Of a stretch of 57,019 nt of DNA, positions 17,517 through 27,834 are shown in pieces. The position numbers and the translations under genes are program-made. The notes beneath the pieces were generated by a model. The model was not told where the DNA came from. It made no database searches and was given only the letters and a program-made list of their open reading frames with translations. The stretch comes from Thermoplasmatota archaeon (GTDB taxonomy: Archaea > Thermoplasmatota > Penumbrarchaeia > Penumbrarchaeales > Penumbrarchaeaceae). Positions within the stretch are counted from its first letter, which is position 1, and each line of letters starts with the position of its first letter. The stretch covers positions 1-57,019 of the forward strand of contig CBDDUX010000047.1 of assembly GCA_965234725.1 (NCBI GenBank). The letters are read 5' to 3'.

Positions 17517-19175
17517 TCAATAGTCCATGTCGCCCATGCCGCCCATTCCACCCATGCCAGGTGGCATTCCGCCTGCGCCGGGAGGCATGCCGCCTCCACC
17601 GCCGGACTTGGAGGCGATAACATCATCGATCCTCAGGATCATGTTGGCAGTCTCTGTGGCTGCCTGGATCGCCTGGGTTCCGACCCTTAGAGGCTCAAGG
17701 ACGTTCAGTGCCCTCATGTCCTCGATCTGGCCTGAGTAGACGTTGACACCATGGAAGACCTTGCCATCGGAATGGGCCTTGTTGATGGATATTATAGTAT
17801 TGATCGGATCAAGGCCAGCATTCTCTGCCAGGGTCCTGGGGACGACCTCAAGGGCGGTGGCAAAAGCTTCTATCGCGAACTGCTCCCTGCCTCCTGTCTG
17901 GATGGCGAAGGTCCTGAGCTCCCTTGCGATCTCGATGGCGGCTGCTCCACCACCAGCTGTCATCTTTCCGTCCTCAATTGCGACTGCGACTGTTGAAAGG
18001 GCGTCATGCATTCCCCTCTCGATCTCATCGATAACATGCTCTGAAGCACCTCTAATTAGGATTGAAACAGCCTTGGCATTGGTGCATCCGGTTACGAATG
18101 TCATCTGGTCTCCGCCGATCTTCTTCTCCTCTACTGCGCCCGCAGTTCCAAGGTCCTCCGATGTGAGGTCCTCCAGGTTCGAGATGATCTTTGCACCAGT
18201 TGCCTTTGCAAGTTTCTCCATATCGGACTTCTTCACCCTTCTGACCGCGAATATGCCTTTCTTGGCGAGGAAGTGCTGGGCGAGATCGTCGATACCTTTC
18301 TGGCAGAATACCACATTGGCTCCTGATTCCTCGACCTTGAGTGCCATCTTCTTCAGGTAGTTCTCCTCGTTATCAAGGAACTGCTGAAACTGGCTGGGGT
18401 CGGTGATCTGTATCTTTGCATCCACTTCGGTCTTCTTCACTTCGAAAGCTGCATTTATAAGTGCGATCCTAGGATTATCCAGGAATTTGGGCATGCCTTC
18501 ATGGACCCTTTCCTTGTCCACGATGATCCCCTCTATCAGTTCGGTGTCCTTGATGGAACCTCCCTGCTTCTTCTCGACCTTGATATTGTCGATGTCCGCA
18601 GTGGTCTTTCCATCCCTAACTTCCGTGATGGATTGTACTGCCTTCACGACTATCTGGGCAAGTTCATCCTTCATGTCCCCGGCGGCCTTGCCGGTCATGG
18701 ATGTCTTTGCAATGTTGAGGAGTGACTCGTTCCCCTCTTCGATGGGCATTGCGATCCTGTTGAGGACCTCCATGGACTTTGCGGCTGCCAGCCTGTATCC
18801 CTCTGTGATCAGGGTGGGGTGGATGTTCTTCTCTATAAGGTTCTCTGAGAGCTTCAAGAGCTCTCCTGCGAAGATAACGGCCGTGGTTGTCCCGTCACCG
18901 CACTGTTCATCCTGGGTCTTGGCGACCTCGATGACCATCTTTGCAGCCGGGTGTTCCACATCGACTTCCTTGAGAATGGTCACACCATCGTTGGTGATGA
19001 CTACATCTCCCATGGAATCCACAAGCATCTTGTCCATTCCCTTGGGGCCAAGGGTGGTCCTTACCGCGTCGGCTATGGCCTTTGCAGCTGCGATGTTGTT
19101 GGATTGTGCTCCTTTTCCGCTCTTTCTCTCGGTTCCTTCCTTCAATACAAGGATGGGTGTTCCTCCTGCATACAT
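17517..19175 (-). CDS. ths: thermosome subunit (group II chaperonin)
   Basis: TLGPKGMDKMLV, ITNDGVTIL, GDGTTT, ILRIDDVI, GGM-rich C-terminal tail. Confidence 0.98.
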   Translation of the reverse strand: MYAGGTPILVLKEGTERKSGKGAQSNNIAAAKAIADAVRTTLGPKGMDKMLVDSMGDVVITNDGVTILKEVDVEHPAAKMVIEVAKTQDEQCGDGTTTAVIFAGELLKLSENLIEKNIHPTLITEGYRLAAAKSMEVLNRIAMPIEEGNESLLNIAKTSMTGKAAGDMKDELAQIVVKAVQSITEVRDGKTTADIDNIKVEKKQGGSIKDTELIEGIIVDKERVHEGMPKFLDNPRIALINAAFEVKKTEVDAKIQITDPSQFQQFLDNEENYLKKMALKVEESGANVVFCQKGIDDLAQHFLAKKGIFAVRRVKKSDMEKLAKATGAKIISNLEDLTSEDLGTAGAVEEKKIGGDQMTFVTGCTNAKAVSILIRGASEHVIDEIERGMHDALSTVAVAIEDGKMTAGGGAAAIEIARELRTFAIQTGGREQFAIEAFATALEVVPRTLAENAGLDPINTIISINKAHSDGKVFHGVNVYSGQIEDMRALNVLEPLRVGTQAIQAATETANMILRIDDVIASKSGGGGGMPPGAGGMPPGMGGMGGMGDMDY

Positions 19176-19214
19176 GTTGATCTTACCTCCTTAGTCGGTG
19201 CCTCTGTATCGCAC

Positions 19215-19256
19215 ACTTCTATAAATTATTTTCTATATATGGCGACTTCTATAAAT
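19215..19256 (-). promoter_or_regulatory. tandem TATA-like boxes upstream of thermosome
   Basis: ACTTCTATAAAT at 19215-19226 and 19245-19256 (ATTTATAGAAGT on - strand), partial third copy at 19231. Confidence 0.55.
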
Positions 19257-19453
19257 ACATATCTAAACTGCAAGTTAACTACTGGGCAATGTTTTCTTTT
19301 TTGTGGACGGACTTTCCAGCTCCTCTTGATAGCAAATGATAAATAACCTAAATATCGTCCGAGATGACGTTGTGGAATATGATCCACAACGAGGTAGATC
19401 CGACATGATCGATGAAGACCCTCACCAACGATGGATAACAGGAGGAAACAGCC

Positions 19454-20740
19454 TTGGCAATGTTGAATTTGGCCAAAACCCCAGGGGGTACCAATTCAGC
19501 AGGGGCCATGTACGGCAAATCACTCCTTTCCATTGCCAGGTTCCTTCATCTTGAACCAACCCTTTTTACCCAATCAATGGGTGTTCTTTTCATATGTGCG
19601 ATGATCGACCTGTTTCCCGGATATTTCCTGGGATCCATGGAACGATACCTTATTCTTGTCCCCGGATTGCTGATACTCCTTCCACCCACAGTGGGTCTCC
19701 GTGGAAATACATTTGGAGCCCTTGCATCGAGACTCAGCTCCAAACTGCATTTAGGTACATTAGGATCTAATATCAAAAACAACCGCGACCTGAATGATCA
19801 GGTTATCGCGACTGGCCTGCAGCTCATGGTGCTTTCATCATTGATACCTCTCGTTGGCGGACTGGTCTCCTTGCTTTTCCATATGGAGATCGCACCATTG
19901 TCAATTCTTCTGTTCATTTCCCTTACTGCGGGATTCCTATCAGGTATTCTGATGTTCGTCATATCACTCGGGATCACATTCGTATCCTTCAGGAAAGGTT
20001 TGGACCCTGACAATGTTTCCGCACCTATAATCGCATCCTCAGGAGATATATTGACGATACCGATACTCTTTTTTTCGGCCTGGGTCTCCTTGAACATCTC
20101 CTTATTACTGATGGAGATATTCTCCCTTTCCATCCTGATAATAATAGGAGTAACAGGTCTTTTCATCCTATCAAGATATAGAATAGAGGTAAGAAAGATC
20201 CTTATCGGAACGTTCCCCCTAGCATTTACGGCTATTACAATCTCCACTTTTTCCGGACTTTTACTGACCGCATCCTTCGATACTTTCCTCAAAGGGACGA
20301 TATTCCTCTTGCTGGTCCCTGCGATCAACGGTCAGGGTGGATCCATCGGTTCCATAATCGGGTCTCGTCTATCTTCGGCAGGATACCTCGGACAGGACAG
20401 GATCACACTGATCCCGAACTATACCGGAAGGTCCTCCTTCGTGACGCTTTGGGTCATATCATTGATCGTTTTCTCATTTCTAGGCGTTGCTGGTCTGATA
20501 ATGGGAACCCTCGCTGGTATCGGATCCCCCCCTTTCATAGTACTAGCCGGGACGATCCTTCTAGGAGCCTCGATGATAACATTACTTTCCTCCACAATAG
20601 CATATTACATCACCTATCTCTCCTTCAGGACCGGTCTGGACCCTGACAATGTGGTGATCCCTCTTCTTACAGCAATAATGGACGTTGTAGGTACTGGCTC
20701 ATTGATCCTATGCCTGATATTGGTGGATGCGACCATATGA
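19454..20740 (+). CDS. MgtE integral-membrane-domain divalent cation transporter (duplicated domain)
   Basis: Two GLDPDNV..P motifs, GLRGNTFGALASRLSSKLHLG; exact start uncertain. Confidence 0.9.
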   Translation: MAMLNLAKTPGGTNSAGAMYGKSLLSIARFLHLEPTLFTQSMGVLFICAMIDLFPGYFLGSMERYLILVPGLLILLPPTVGLRGNTFGALASRLSSKLHLGTLGSNIKNNRDLNDQVIATGLQLMVLSSLIPLVGGLVSLLFHMEIAPLSILLFISLTAGFLSGILMFVISLGITFVSFRKGLDPDNVSAPIIASSGDILTIPILFFSAWVSLNISLLLMEIFSLSILIIIGVTGLFILSRYRIEVRKILIGTFPLAFTAITISTFSGLLLTASFDTFLKGTIFLLLVPAINGQGGSIGSIIGSRLSSAGYLGQDRITLIPNYTGRSSFVTLWVISLIVFSFLGVAGLIMGTLAGIGSPPFIVLAGTILLGASMITLLSSTIAYYITYLSFRTGLDPDNVVIPLLTAIMDVVGTGSLILCLILVDATI

Positions 20741-20802
20741 TGCATTGATCAGGATAAGAAACGATTATTTATCACCGCTACATTGGGCGCTCAGGTGTTC
20801 GC

Positions 20803-22182
20803 TTGACAGATGAGAAGTATCAGGGTTATAGGGGGCCCGCCCTGGAGGTCCTGAAAAGAGAGAATGTCGCTGTCTGGGATATGATAAGGATAAAGACCCC
20901 GGATGCCGAGATGGAAGGTATACTTCTCCCGAGGTCAGCCGGGGATGACCAGCATCTCGTCTTGAAGATGATCACCGGTTACAACATAGGTGTCAGATTC
21001 GATAATGTGGTCTCGATAAAGCATCTGGGATCGAAGAAAGCGAACTACAAGATCCCTGAGAAGGAATTCCCCTTCGATGAGAAAAAACCGAATGTAACGA
21101 TCCTGGGAACAGGTGGGACGATAGCCTCCAGGCTTGATTACAGGACCGGAGCTGTCATACCTGCCTTCACTCCCGGGGAACTTTTCGGGGCTGTTCCAGA
21201 ACTGGCAGATATTGCCAATATCAAGACCAACAAGCTTTTTGGTGTATTCTCGGAGAACATGGGCCCGCATCAATGGAAGATCCTGGCCAAGAATATAAAA
21301 AAGGAGATCGAGGAGGGAGTGAAGGGGATCGTGATCGGTCATGGGACTGATACGATGCACTATACTGCCGCGACCCTTTCGTTCATGGTGCAGAATAGTC
21401 CGGTCCCTATCGTATGTGTGGGAAGTCAGAGGTCCTCGGATAGGCCCTCTTCAGATGCAGCAAGGACCCTTATCGGTTCGGTAACGACTGCGGCCCATTC
21501 AGATGCGGCAGAGGTTACGGTATGCATGTTCGGAACGACATCCGATAAGTACTGCTTCCTTCACAGGGGGACCAGGGTAAGGAAGATGCATTCTTCCTAC
21601 AGGAATACGTTCAAATCACTTGGGGATACCCCTTTAGGTAAGGTGCAGGATGGCAATTTCACCTATTTCAAAGATGATTACAAAAGAAGGAGAGAGGACA
21701 GGAATGTTGATATCTATCCCGATTTCGAGGAGAGGGTGGCAGTACTCTACTACTACCCCAATATGCATCCGGATATCCTTGAATCCATGATAGACAAAGG
21801 CTACAAAGGGATCATCATTGCAGGGACGGGCTTGGGCCATGTGAACAAACCCCTCTACGATCCTCTACAGAGAGCCCACGAAGAAGGTATTCACCTTTTC
21901 ATGGCAGTTCAGACCCTCTACGGATACACTCAGATGTTCGTTTACGACACTGGCAGGGACCTGATGGCAAGAGGTGTGATCCCATTGGGGAACATGCTGC
22001 CTGAGGTTGCATACTGCAAATTGGGATGGGTCCTGGGCCAGGTCCAGGAACCAGAGGCAGTTAACAAGATGATGCTGAATCCAATAGCTAATGAGATAAC
22101 TCCGAGAGAACCTTACAACGGATTCGTTCAGGGCCAGGGAGGCCAGGATATTGTTGAGGAATTCCTAGCGGAATTCAGTTGA
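20803..22182 (+). CDS. gatD: Glu-tRNA(Gln) amidotransferase subunit D
   Basis: LKMITGYNIG N-domain, TGGTIASRLDYRTGAV, HGTDTM, GSQRSSDRPSSDA, RKMHSSYR; TTG start. Confidence 0.96.
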   Translation: MTDEKYQGYRGPALEVLKRENVAVWDMIRIKTPDAEMEGILLPRSAGDDQHLVLKMITGYNIGVRFDNVVSIKHLGSKKANYKIPEKEFPFDEKKPNVTILGTGGTIASRLDYRTGAVIPAFTPGELFGAVPELADIANIKTNKLFGVFSENMGPHQWKILAKNIKKEIEEGVKGIVIGHGTDTMHYTAATLSFMVQNSPVPIVCVGSQRSSDRPSSDAARTLIGSVTTAAHSDAAEVTVCMFGTTSDKYCFLHRGTRVRKMHSSYRNTFKSLGDTPLGKVQDGNFTYFKDDYKRRREDRNVDIYPDFEERVAVLYYYPNMHPDILESMIDKGYKGIIIAGTGLGHVNKPLYDPLQRAHEEGIHLFMAVQTLYGYTQMFVYDTGRDLMARGVIPLGNMLPEVAYCKLGWVLGQVQEPEAVNKMMLNPIANEITPREPYNGFVQGQGGQDIVEEFLAEFS

Positions 22183-22248
22183 ATATGGGGATCTCCGTGT
22201 ATTCCATGACGGAATATAGATTATATAGTAAACCAACAGTTATCAACA

Positions 22249-22274
22249 GTGCTCCTTTTCCATTAAAGGAGCAC
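22249..22274. promoter_or_regulatory. perfect inverted repeat in leader of the large surface-protein gene
   Basis: GTGCTCCTTT-N6-AAAGGAGCAC, about 22 nt after TTATATA (22221-22227). Confidence 0.45.
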
Positions 22275-22304
22275 GCGTTTCGTATGGCGGTAAGGTGTTA
22301 AGAT

Positions 22305-25300
22305 ATGTATACAGGTCCAGGAGGGTTTCAGAGGACCAGAGCATCAGCTCTAATTTCGATAATCATAATGTTCTCTTCAGTGTTCTTTATGATTGACCAA
22401 CCCGGAGTGGGCTTAAGGGACATTGGCGATCCCCAGACTATCTCTGGCATCTGGAACCATTTTGGCAATGTCACATCCATCGGAGATCTGGATCAGGATG
22501 GAGATATCGAACTTGTTATCTCACTGCCAGATGACCCGACATATGGACCCGAAGCAGGGACAGTCTACCTTTTCTGGGGAGACGATGAAGGTTTCTCCGA
22601 TCTTAGTCCCTCCAATGCGGATATCATCTTTCATGGGAATAATGGAGATAGGTTCGGAGCTTCAGTTACATCGTGGGACGTTCAGGGTAATGGTTGGGAA
22701 GAGATCGTGATAGGGTGTCCTGGGGCAAATACCAGTTCCGGGAAGGTATTAATCTTCAATCAAGTCCAGGTCAACGATGCTGATGCTGGAACGGTCTATG
22801 GGCCCGAATGGGCATATATAGAACTGATCGGCCAGTCCACAAACTCCTTCGGAGGATGGATGTGTAAAGGAAACTACACTGGATCCGAATACGATGATCT
22901 GGCGGTCCTCTCCTCGGGAAATGATACCACCGAACCTCAGGTCCATCTCTTCATGGGAGGTGGAGTCCCAGGTTTAGGTGTAAATATGACCCTTCCAGCC
23001 CTCAGCGTTTCCCCCACTACCCAGTGCGTTTCCCTTGACCTTATGGGAAGGGGGATGGATGCTCTTATCTATTCCACGCCGGACAGGGGTATGATGAGGG
23101 TTATTTATTATGGCATTGAGGAGACACTCTTCCTTCTCCCTGGTGCGAACTCCACTGGTGTTGTGGATTTCCAGGGTTCGATCCAATCATCCGGCAATAC
23201 CTACGGGTGGGGGGCAGGAGATGATGGTTGGGATACATCTGGGAGTGATGTATTCGATCCCCCTCTGATCCCAAATTCACTGAGGTTCAATCAGGCAACA
23301 GGTAATGCCAGAGGTCACAACCGCTCTATTGAGAATGTGAGCCGATTGGAGATCGAGATGGGCGGAGTATCCCCCTCAACCTCTGGATCTCCCGAGTCGG
23401 GCGCATATGGAGTGAGCTTTCAACTTTCCCCATCTGACTTGGTGGGAAAGAACTCGGCTCTCCTTTCTTTCGATTATATCTGGGAGGATTGGGGATTCGA
23501 GGATAATGAGAGAATGTGGATCAAGGGAAGGATCACCAACGGTGATGGGGACTCGAATTGGCTCGGCTCCAATATAGATTTCAATCCAGCCCCTGATACG
23601 ACTCCGGAGATCTGGACATTGAAGGGAGTTAACTCCGGGGGTAGCGGGATCTTCATGAGCGGAATAGGACATTACGAGGAAGAGGTTCTGAGCATTCTAG
23701 GTCCATCCGGAGAACATTACCTTGAACTCGGAGGGAAGATATCACGATGGACCAACACTGTCGAATGCGGAGCGGTTGGATTCGATAATATCACCCTTGC
23801 ATTGAGATCTCTGGAGATGGATATCACAACAATGACTGGTGCAAACGGTATAGGCTCCACACTTATGGCCGAGGATATCGACGGGGATGGATCATTGGAC
23901 CTTGCTTCGGGAAATCCTAAGCAGGACAAGGTGAGGATCTACCTGGGGAATGATCCTTACTGGGATTCCTTTTCTGCATTCAACGAGGAAAAAGCGAATA
24001 TGACCATAACTGGTGATACTGGTTCAGACTTTGGAAGGGACCTGATGGTGATCGGGACTTCCCCCTTCACACCCATGAAGGGTCTTTTCATTTCCTTCCC
24101 GGCCTGGTCAGATGGATCACTTAACGGAACCGGTGCGATTGTCATATTCGACCTCCCGATGGAAGAAGGGGAATACACTCTTGATGGGGGTTTCCTGGTA
24201 CACCATGATGAGAGCGAGTATGCCTTCGGTCTGAAAATGATCTCCCTCGGAGATCCTGATGAGGATGGATACCCGGATTTCATGGTCATTCTCCTGGATG
24301 GATCGAATAGATTGATGGTAAAAAAATACGATAGGGGCCCGAACTATCCGGAACTCAGACTCAACTCACCCCCTCGTGGAGTACCTCTCTCGGGAACAAT
24401 TGAGATCAAAGCCACAATGAGCGATAAGGACCTAGATGCTACTCCTTGGGATATCATGTTCTACAGGTCCATCGATAACAGGTCCTGGTCACCCGTGGGG
24501 AACGGGACACCTGACAAGGTGGAGGGCCAGTCAGCCATTAAATATTGGGATACAAAAACTTTCGAGAACCGTCTTTATTTCCTCAAGGTTGAGGTTACGG
24601 ATTCCTTCGGCCTTTCCCTTGCTAGATACTCTAACTCGATCCAGGTCCTGAATCATAGAGCCCCCAATATATTCCTCACCTATCCTGCCGATGGGATAGA
24701 GCTTAACGGAAATGTCGAGATAACCGCCAGGGTCTTTCCACCACCCCAAGAATACCTCGCCATGCCTGTAAGGTTTCTCCTGAGCAGAGATGGGGAGAAC
24801 TGGACCGAATTCGCGAACAGGTCCTCGACAGTTCCGGGTTCCGATGTGGATTACTCAACCGTCCTGGATACTGAAAACCTCGAAGACGGGGAGATATGGT
24901 TCAAGATCAATGCTTCCACCGAATTCGGACTGGGGGCGGAAGAGAGTAATTCTGAACCCTGTATCATTGATAATTATTATTCTCCGGAGATCGAGTTCCT
25001 GGGAGAATATACAGGTAATCTTTCAGGTGTGATCAATGTATCTGTCAGGGCGTACGACAAGGACCTTGATCTGGATCCACCTGTTCAACTTTTCATCAAG
25101 GACCCGGATGTATTGGCCTGGGACCTCCTTGGGGACCTTATAGGACCAATAGGCAACTGGACATATTACTACAACTGGGATACCACTGGAGTAGAGAATG
25201 GAGAATATGATCTCATGGCAAGGGCTATGGATATGACCTTCAATGAGGCACAAGAGGCTCTTTCAGGACACGTCAGGATCCACAATCCATACACACCTAC

Positions 25301-26696
25301 CATCTCGATCGTCAATATCGAAGAGGGCTCGATCCTGTCCGGGACTCCACGGATCCGGATCCAGATCATAGACAGGGATATGAATTTCAACAAGACCGAT
25401 GTGAAGCTGTTCTACAGGGATCCCGATGTTGGGATCTGGAACAGGATATCTCCGGTCCTTGTGATCGGAGCGAATGCCACAGCTGACTGGGATACGACCT
25501 ATCTTAAGAACAAAGGTTATGATCTAAGGGCTGAAGTGACCGATAGGGACAATCTCTCTGCCTACACTGAGGTCTTGGGGGTCATTGTAAAGAACCTGAT
25601 ACCACCGACGGTCCAGGGTGAACTTTTCACGTCCTCAGGTCCGATAAAAGGAGAGAGGAGGATTTTCTTCAATATCACTGATGATGAACCCATATCCATC
25701 GAAAACATAACTGTCGAGGTCTTCGTTTTTTCCGGATGGGTGGAGATCGTGCCTGTCTTCAGATCGGATCCTGAGGCGGTCTTCGTTCCCGGAAAGAACG
25801 TCAGCTTCTACATTGATTGGAACACCTTGGATGAGGATGAGTTCGGAAATCCTTTGTTCCCCGACGGCCCTGGCTATGAGATCCGAATAACCTACACCGA
25901 TCCCGATGCCCAGAGCGAGGTGTGGAGATCGGTTGTATCATATTCGGTTTCGAACAGAGTTACGGGAGGAGGAAGTGGACCGAACGAGGATGGATCGTCC
26001 ATAGATCCAGGTCTCCTTGCCATTATGGTGCTTATCGCTGTTGTCGTGGTCGTCCTGCTTGTTGTCGGATTGTTCATCTGGAGAGGGAGCAACAGTGAGA
26101 GGAAAGGTTCCATCACCGATATCGAGGAGATCAGGCCAAGAGAGGTAATGGAACCACCAAAGGAAGAGGAGGCGCCCTCGTACTATCAAGAAAGAAAGAG
26201 TGAGATTTACTCTCCACCGGGTTGGGGATCGGAAACCTCTGATGAACCAGCACCCGTTACGGCCGTCCCATTCTATTCCTCGGAGGATGCCGGAGCATTC
26301 ATGTCGGATGTTGATGAGATAGATACCAGTCCGGGAAAGAAGACAGATCTCCTGGAGGATATCTTCGGAGAAGAGAAGAAGGCCCCTCCCAAAAAGAAAC
26401 AGAGGAAGCAAAGGGAAGGACTTTCATTGGAGGTTGAACTCCCAGCCGGTGCAATGCCTTCCAAAGCGGAGGATGAACCTGAGGATTGGGCCGAGGCGGA
26501 GGAATGGGACGAGGAGGAAGAGGCCTGGGAAGAGTTCGAAGAACTGGAAGATGATGACGACGAATGGGAAGAGGAGGAGGAAGAGGACATACTGGTCGTC
26601 ACATGCAAATGCGGCAACGAGATAGAGATCTCATCTTCCGGAGACGGCAGGTTCAGCTGTAATGAATGTGGAAGGAAGGGCCGTGTCAAACTCTGA
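22305..26696 (+). CDS. large cell-surface protein: FG-GAP/integrin-alpha repeats, tandem Ig-like domains, TM, acidic cytoplasmic tail with Zn ribbon
   Basis: GDLDQDGDIEL, DRFGAS, DIDGDGSLDL, GDPDEDGYPDF; repeated WDT...ENG.Y.L Ig units; TM near aa 1240; CKC...CNEC terminus. Confidence 0.85.
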   Translation: MYTGPGGFQRTRASALISIIIMFSSVFFMIDQPGVGLRDIGDPQTISGIWNHFGNVTSIGDLDQDGDIELVISLPDDPTYGPEAGTVYLFWGDDEGFSDLSPSNADIIFHGNNGDRFGASVTSWDVQGNGWEEIVIGCPGANTSSGKVLIFNQVQVNDADAGTVYGPEWAYIELIGQSTNSFGGWMCKGNYTGSEYDDLAVLSSGNDTTEPQVHLFMGGGVPGLGVNMTLPALSVSPTTQCVSLDLMGRGMDALIYSTPDRGMMRVIYYGIEETLFLLPGANSTGVVDFQGSIQSSGNTYGWGAGDDGWDTSGSDVFDPPLIPNSLRFNQATGNARGHNRSIENVSRLEIEMGGVSPSTSGSPESGAYGVSFQLSPSDLVGKNSALLSFDYIWEDWGFEDNERMWIKGRITNGDGDSNWLGSNIDFNPAPDTTPEIWTLKGVNSGGSGIFMSGIGHYEEEVLSILGPSGEHYLELGGKISRWTNTVECGAVGFDNITLALRSLEMDITTMTGANGIGSTLMAEDIDGDGSLDLASGNPKQDKVRIYLGNDPYWDSFSAFNEEKANMTITGDTGSDFGRDLMVIGTSPFTPMKGLFISFPAWSDGSLNGTGAIVIFDLPMEEGEYTLDGGFLVHHDESEYAFGLKMISLGDPDEDGYPDFMVILLDGSNRLMVKKYDRGPNYPELRLNSPPRGVPLSGTIEIKATMSDKDLDATPWDIMFYRSIDNRSWSPVGNGTPDKVEGQSAIKYWDTKTFENRLYFLKVEVTDSFGLSLARYSNSIQVLNHRAPNIFLTYPADGIELNGNVEITARVFPPPQEYLAMPVRFLLSRDGENWTEFANRSSTVPGSDVDYSTVLDTENLEDGEIWFKINASTEFGLGAEESNSEPCIIDNYYSPEIEFLGEYTGNLSGVINVSVRAYDKDLDLDPPVQLFIKDPDVLAWDLLGDLIGPIGNWTYYYNWDTTGVENGEYDLMARAMDMTFNEAQEALSGHVRIHNPYTPTISIVNIEEGSILSGTPRIRIQIIDRDMNFNKTDVKLFYRDPDVGIWNRISPVLVIGANATADWDTTYLKNKGYDLRAEVTDRDNLSAYTEVLGVIVKNLIPPTVQGELFTSSGPIKGERRIFFNITDDEPISIENITVEVFVFSGWVEIVPVFRSDPEAVFVPGKNVSFYIDWNTLDEDEFGNPLFPDGPGYEIRITYTDPDAQSEVWRSVVSYSVSNRVTGGGSGPNEDGSSIDPGLLAIMVLIAVVVVVLLVVGLFIWRGSNSERKGSITDIEEIRPREVMEPPKEEEAPSYYQERKSEIYSPPGWGSETSDEPAPVTAVPFYSSEDAGAFMSDVDEIDTSPGKKTDLLEDIFGEEKKAPPKKKQRKQREGLSLEVELPAGAMPSKAEDEPEDWAEAEEWDEEEEAWEEFEELEDDDDEWEEEEEEDILVVTCKCGNEIEISSSGDGRFSCNECGRKGRVKL

Positions 26697-26787
26697 AAAG
26701 TAAAAGAATGGTTCCAATCTTTGGTTTAATACAGGACTCGAATACTCTTGCCACGAAGCGGGATAGGACCCGCATCGAGGTGAGATA

Positions 26788-27810
26788 ATGGCAAAGAAGA
26801 GATCCAAGAGATTCGAGGTCCCAGTTGGGGCCGTATATGCACTGCTGGCTGCAATGTCGTTGATATGTGTTACAGTCCTTGCAGTGGCGCTTGCAGGAGA
26901 TAACGGTTCGAATGAGAGGGAGAAGCTAGAGGCTCCGAGAGAGCTTCTTCCGCATCTTTACATCGAGGATGTCTATTTCAGAAGCAGGGAAACAGTGGAC
27001 GTTACTCTTGATGTCATCATCTATATCACAAATGATGGGACAGCGGATGCCGGAGAAGTGATGGTGCATATCTGGCCCATCGTTGAAGGTTCCAATATTG
27101 CCACGGATATGGTAGAGGTGAACTTCGGCAGGATCGGTGTGAATCAAACGTTGAAAGGTGAGGAGAACATCAAATTACAGGCAGGGACCATCCATTCCGT
27201 GGAGATCCTGATCTTCGGTTCGGGAAAGATGCTTGTAAAGGGAAGGGCGACTGTTTCAACAGATGGGGATGGGGGTGCAGAGTTCAATACCGTAGAGGTC
27301 AGAGGGACCACCGGTGACATGGACTATGACGGGCTCCCTGACAGCTGGGAGAGGCATTACGGTCTCGACCCGGAGGATTCCAGGGATGCCCTTCAGGATA
27401 AGGACAGGGATGGATTGACGAACCTTGATGAATACAAGCTGTCAAGGGATCCTACCAGGACCCCGGCTGAAGAGAATTCGGCTAGTAAAAGTGATGACAC
27501 TCCAATCAGCGGGATCTTTGATACTGAGAAAGATGACAATGGTTCCGCCATTGCATTGGGAGCAGGTCTTTTCCTCCTCCTTATAATCGGCGTGATAGCG
27601 GTCCTGATAATCGGAGCCGTCATGTCCAGAAGGAGGATGGAAGCCAATCCAAAATTGAAGGAAGAGAGGCCCAAGAGGGTAAGGGATTCGATTTTCCCCT
27701 CAAAGGAGGTCGCTCCGTCCCCACCCTTTGTTATGGAAGTAAGGGAGGGCCACAGAGAAGATGAGGACCCTGAGAGCGACCTTCCTGAGGGAAGGGGAAT
27801 ATATGAATGA
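26788..27810 (+). CDS. surface/membrane protein with CARDB-like Ig domain and DxDGDG repeats
   Basis: N-terminal TM, YITNDG, DYDGLPDSWE, DRDGLTNLDEY, second TM. Confidence 0.78.
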   Translation: MAKKRSKRFEVPVGAVYALLAAMSLICVTVLAVALAGDNGSNEREKLEAPRELLPHLYIEDVYFRSRETVDVTLDVIIYITNDGTADAGEVMVHIWPIVEGSNIATDMVEVNFGRIGVNQTLKGEENIKLQAGTIHSVEILIFGSGKMLVKGRATVSTDGDGGAEFNTVEVRGTTGDMDYDGLPDSWERHYGLDPEDSRDALQDKDRDGLTNLDEYKLSRDPTRTPAEENSASKSDDTPISGIFDTEKDDNGSAIALGAGLFLLLIIGVIAVLIIGAVMSRRRMEANPKLKEERPKRVRDSIFPSKEVAPSPPFVMEVREGHREDEDPESDLPEGRGIYE

Positions 27811-27834
27811 GGGACAATAAGGGAGAGGAGAGAC

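Noticed and set aside
17743-19194. Long + strand ORFs opposite the thermosome; likewise 45269-46369 opposite katG
   Set aside because: Antisense shadows of conserved genes
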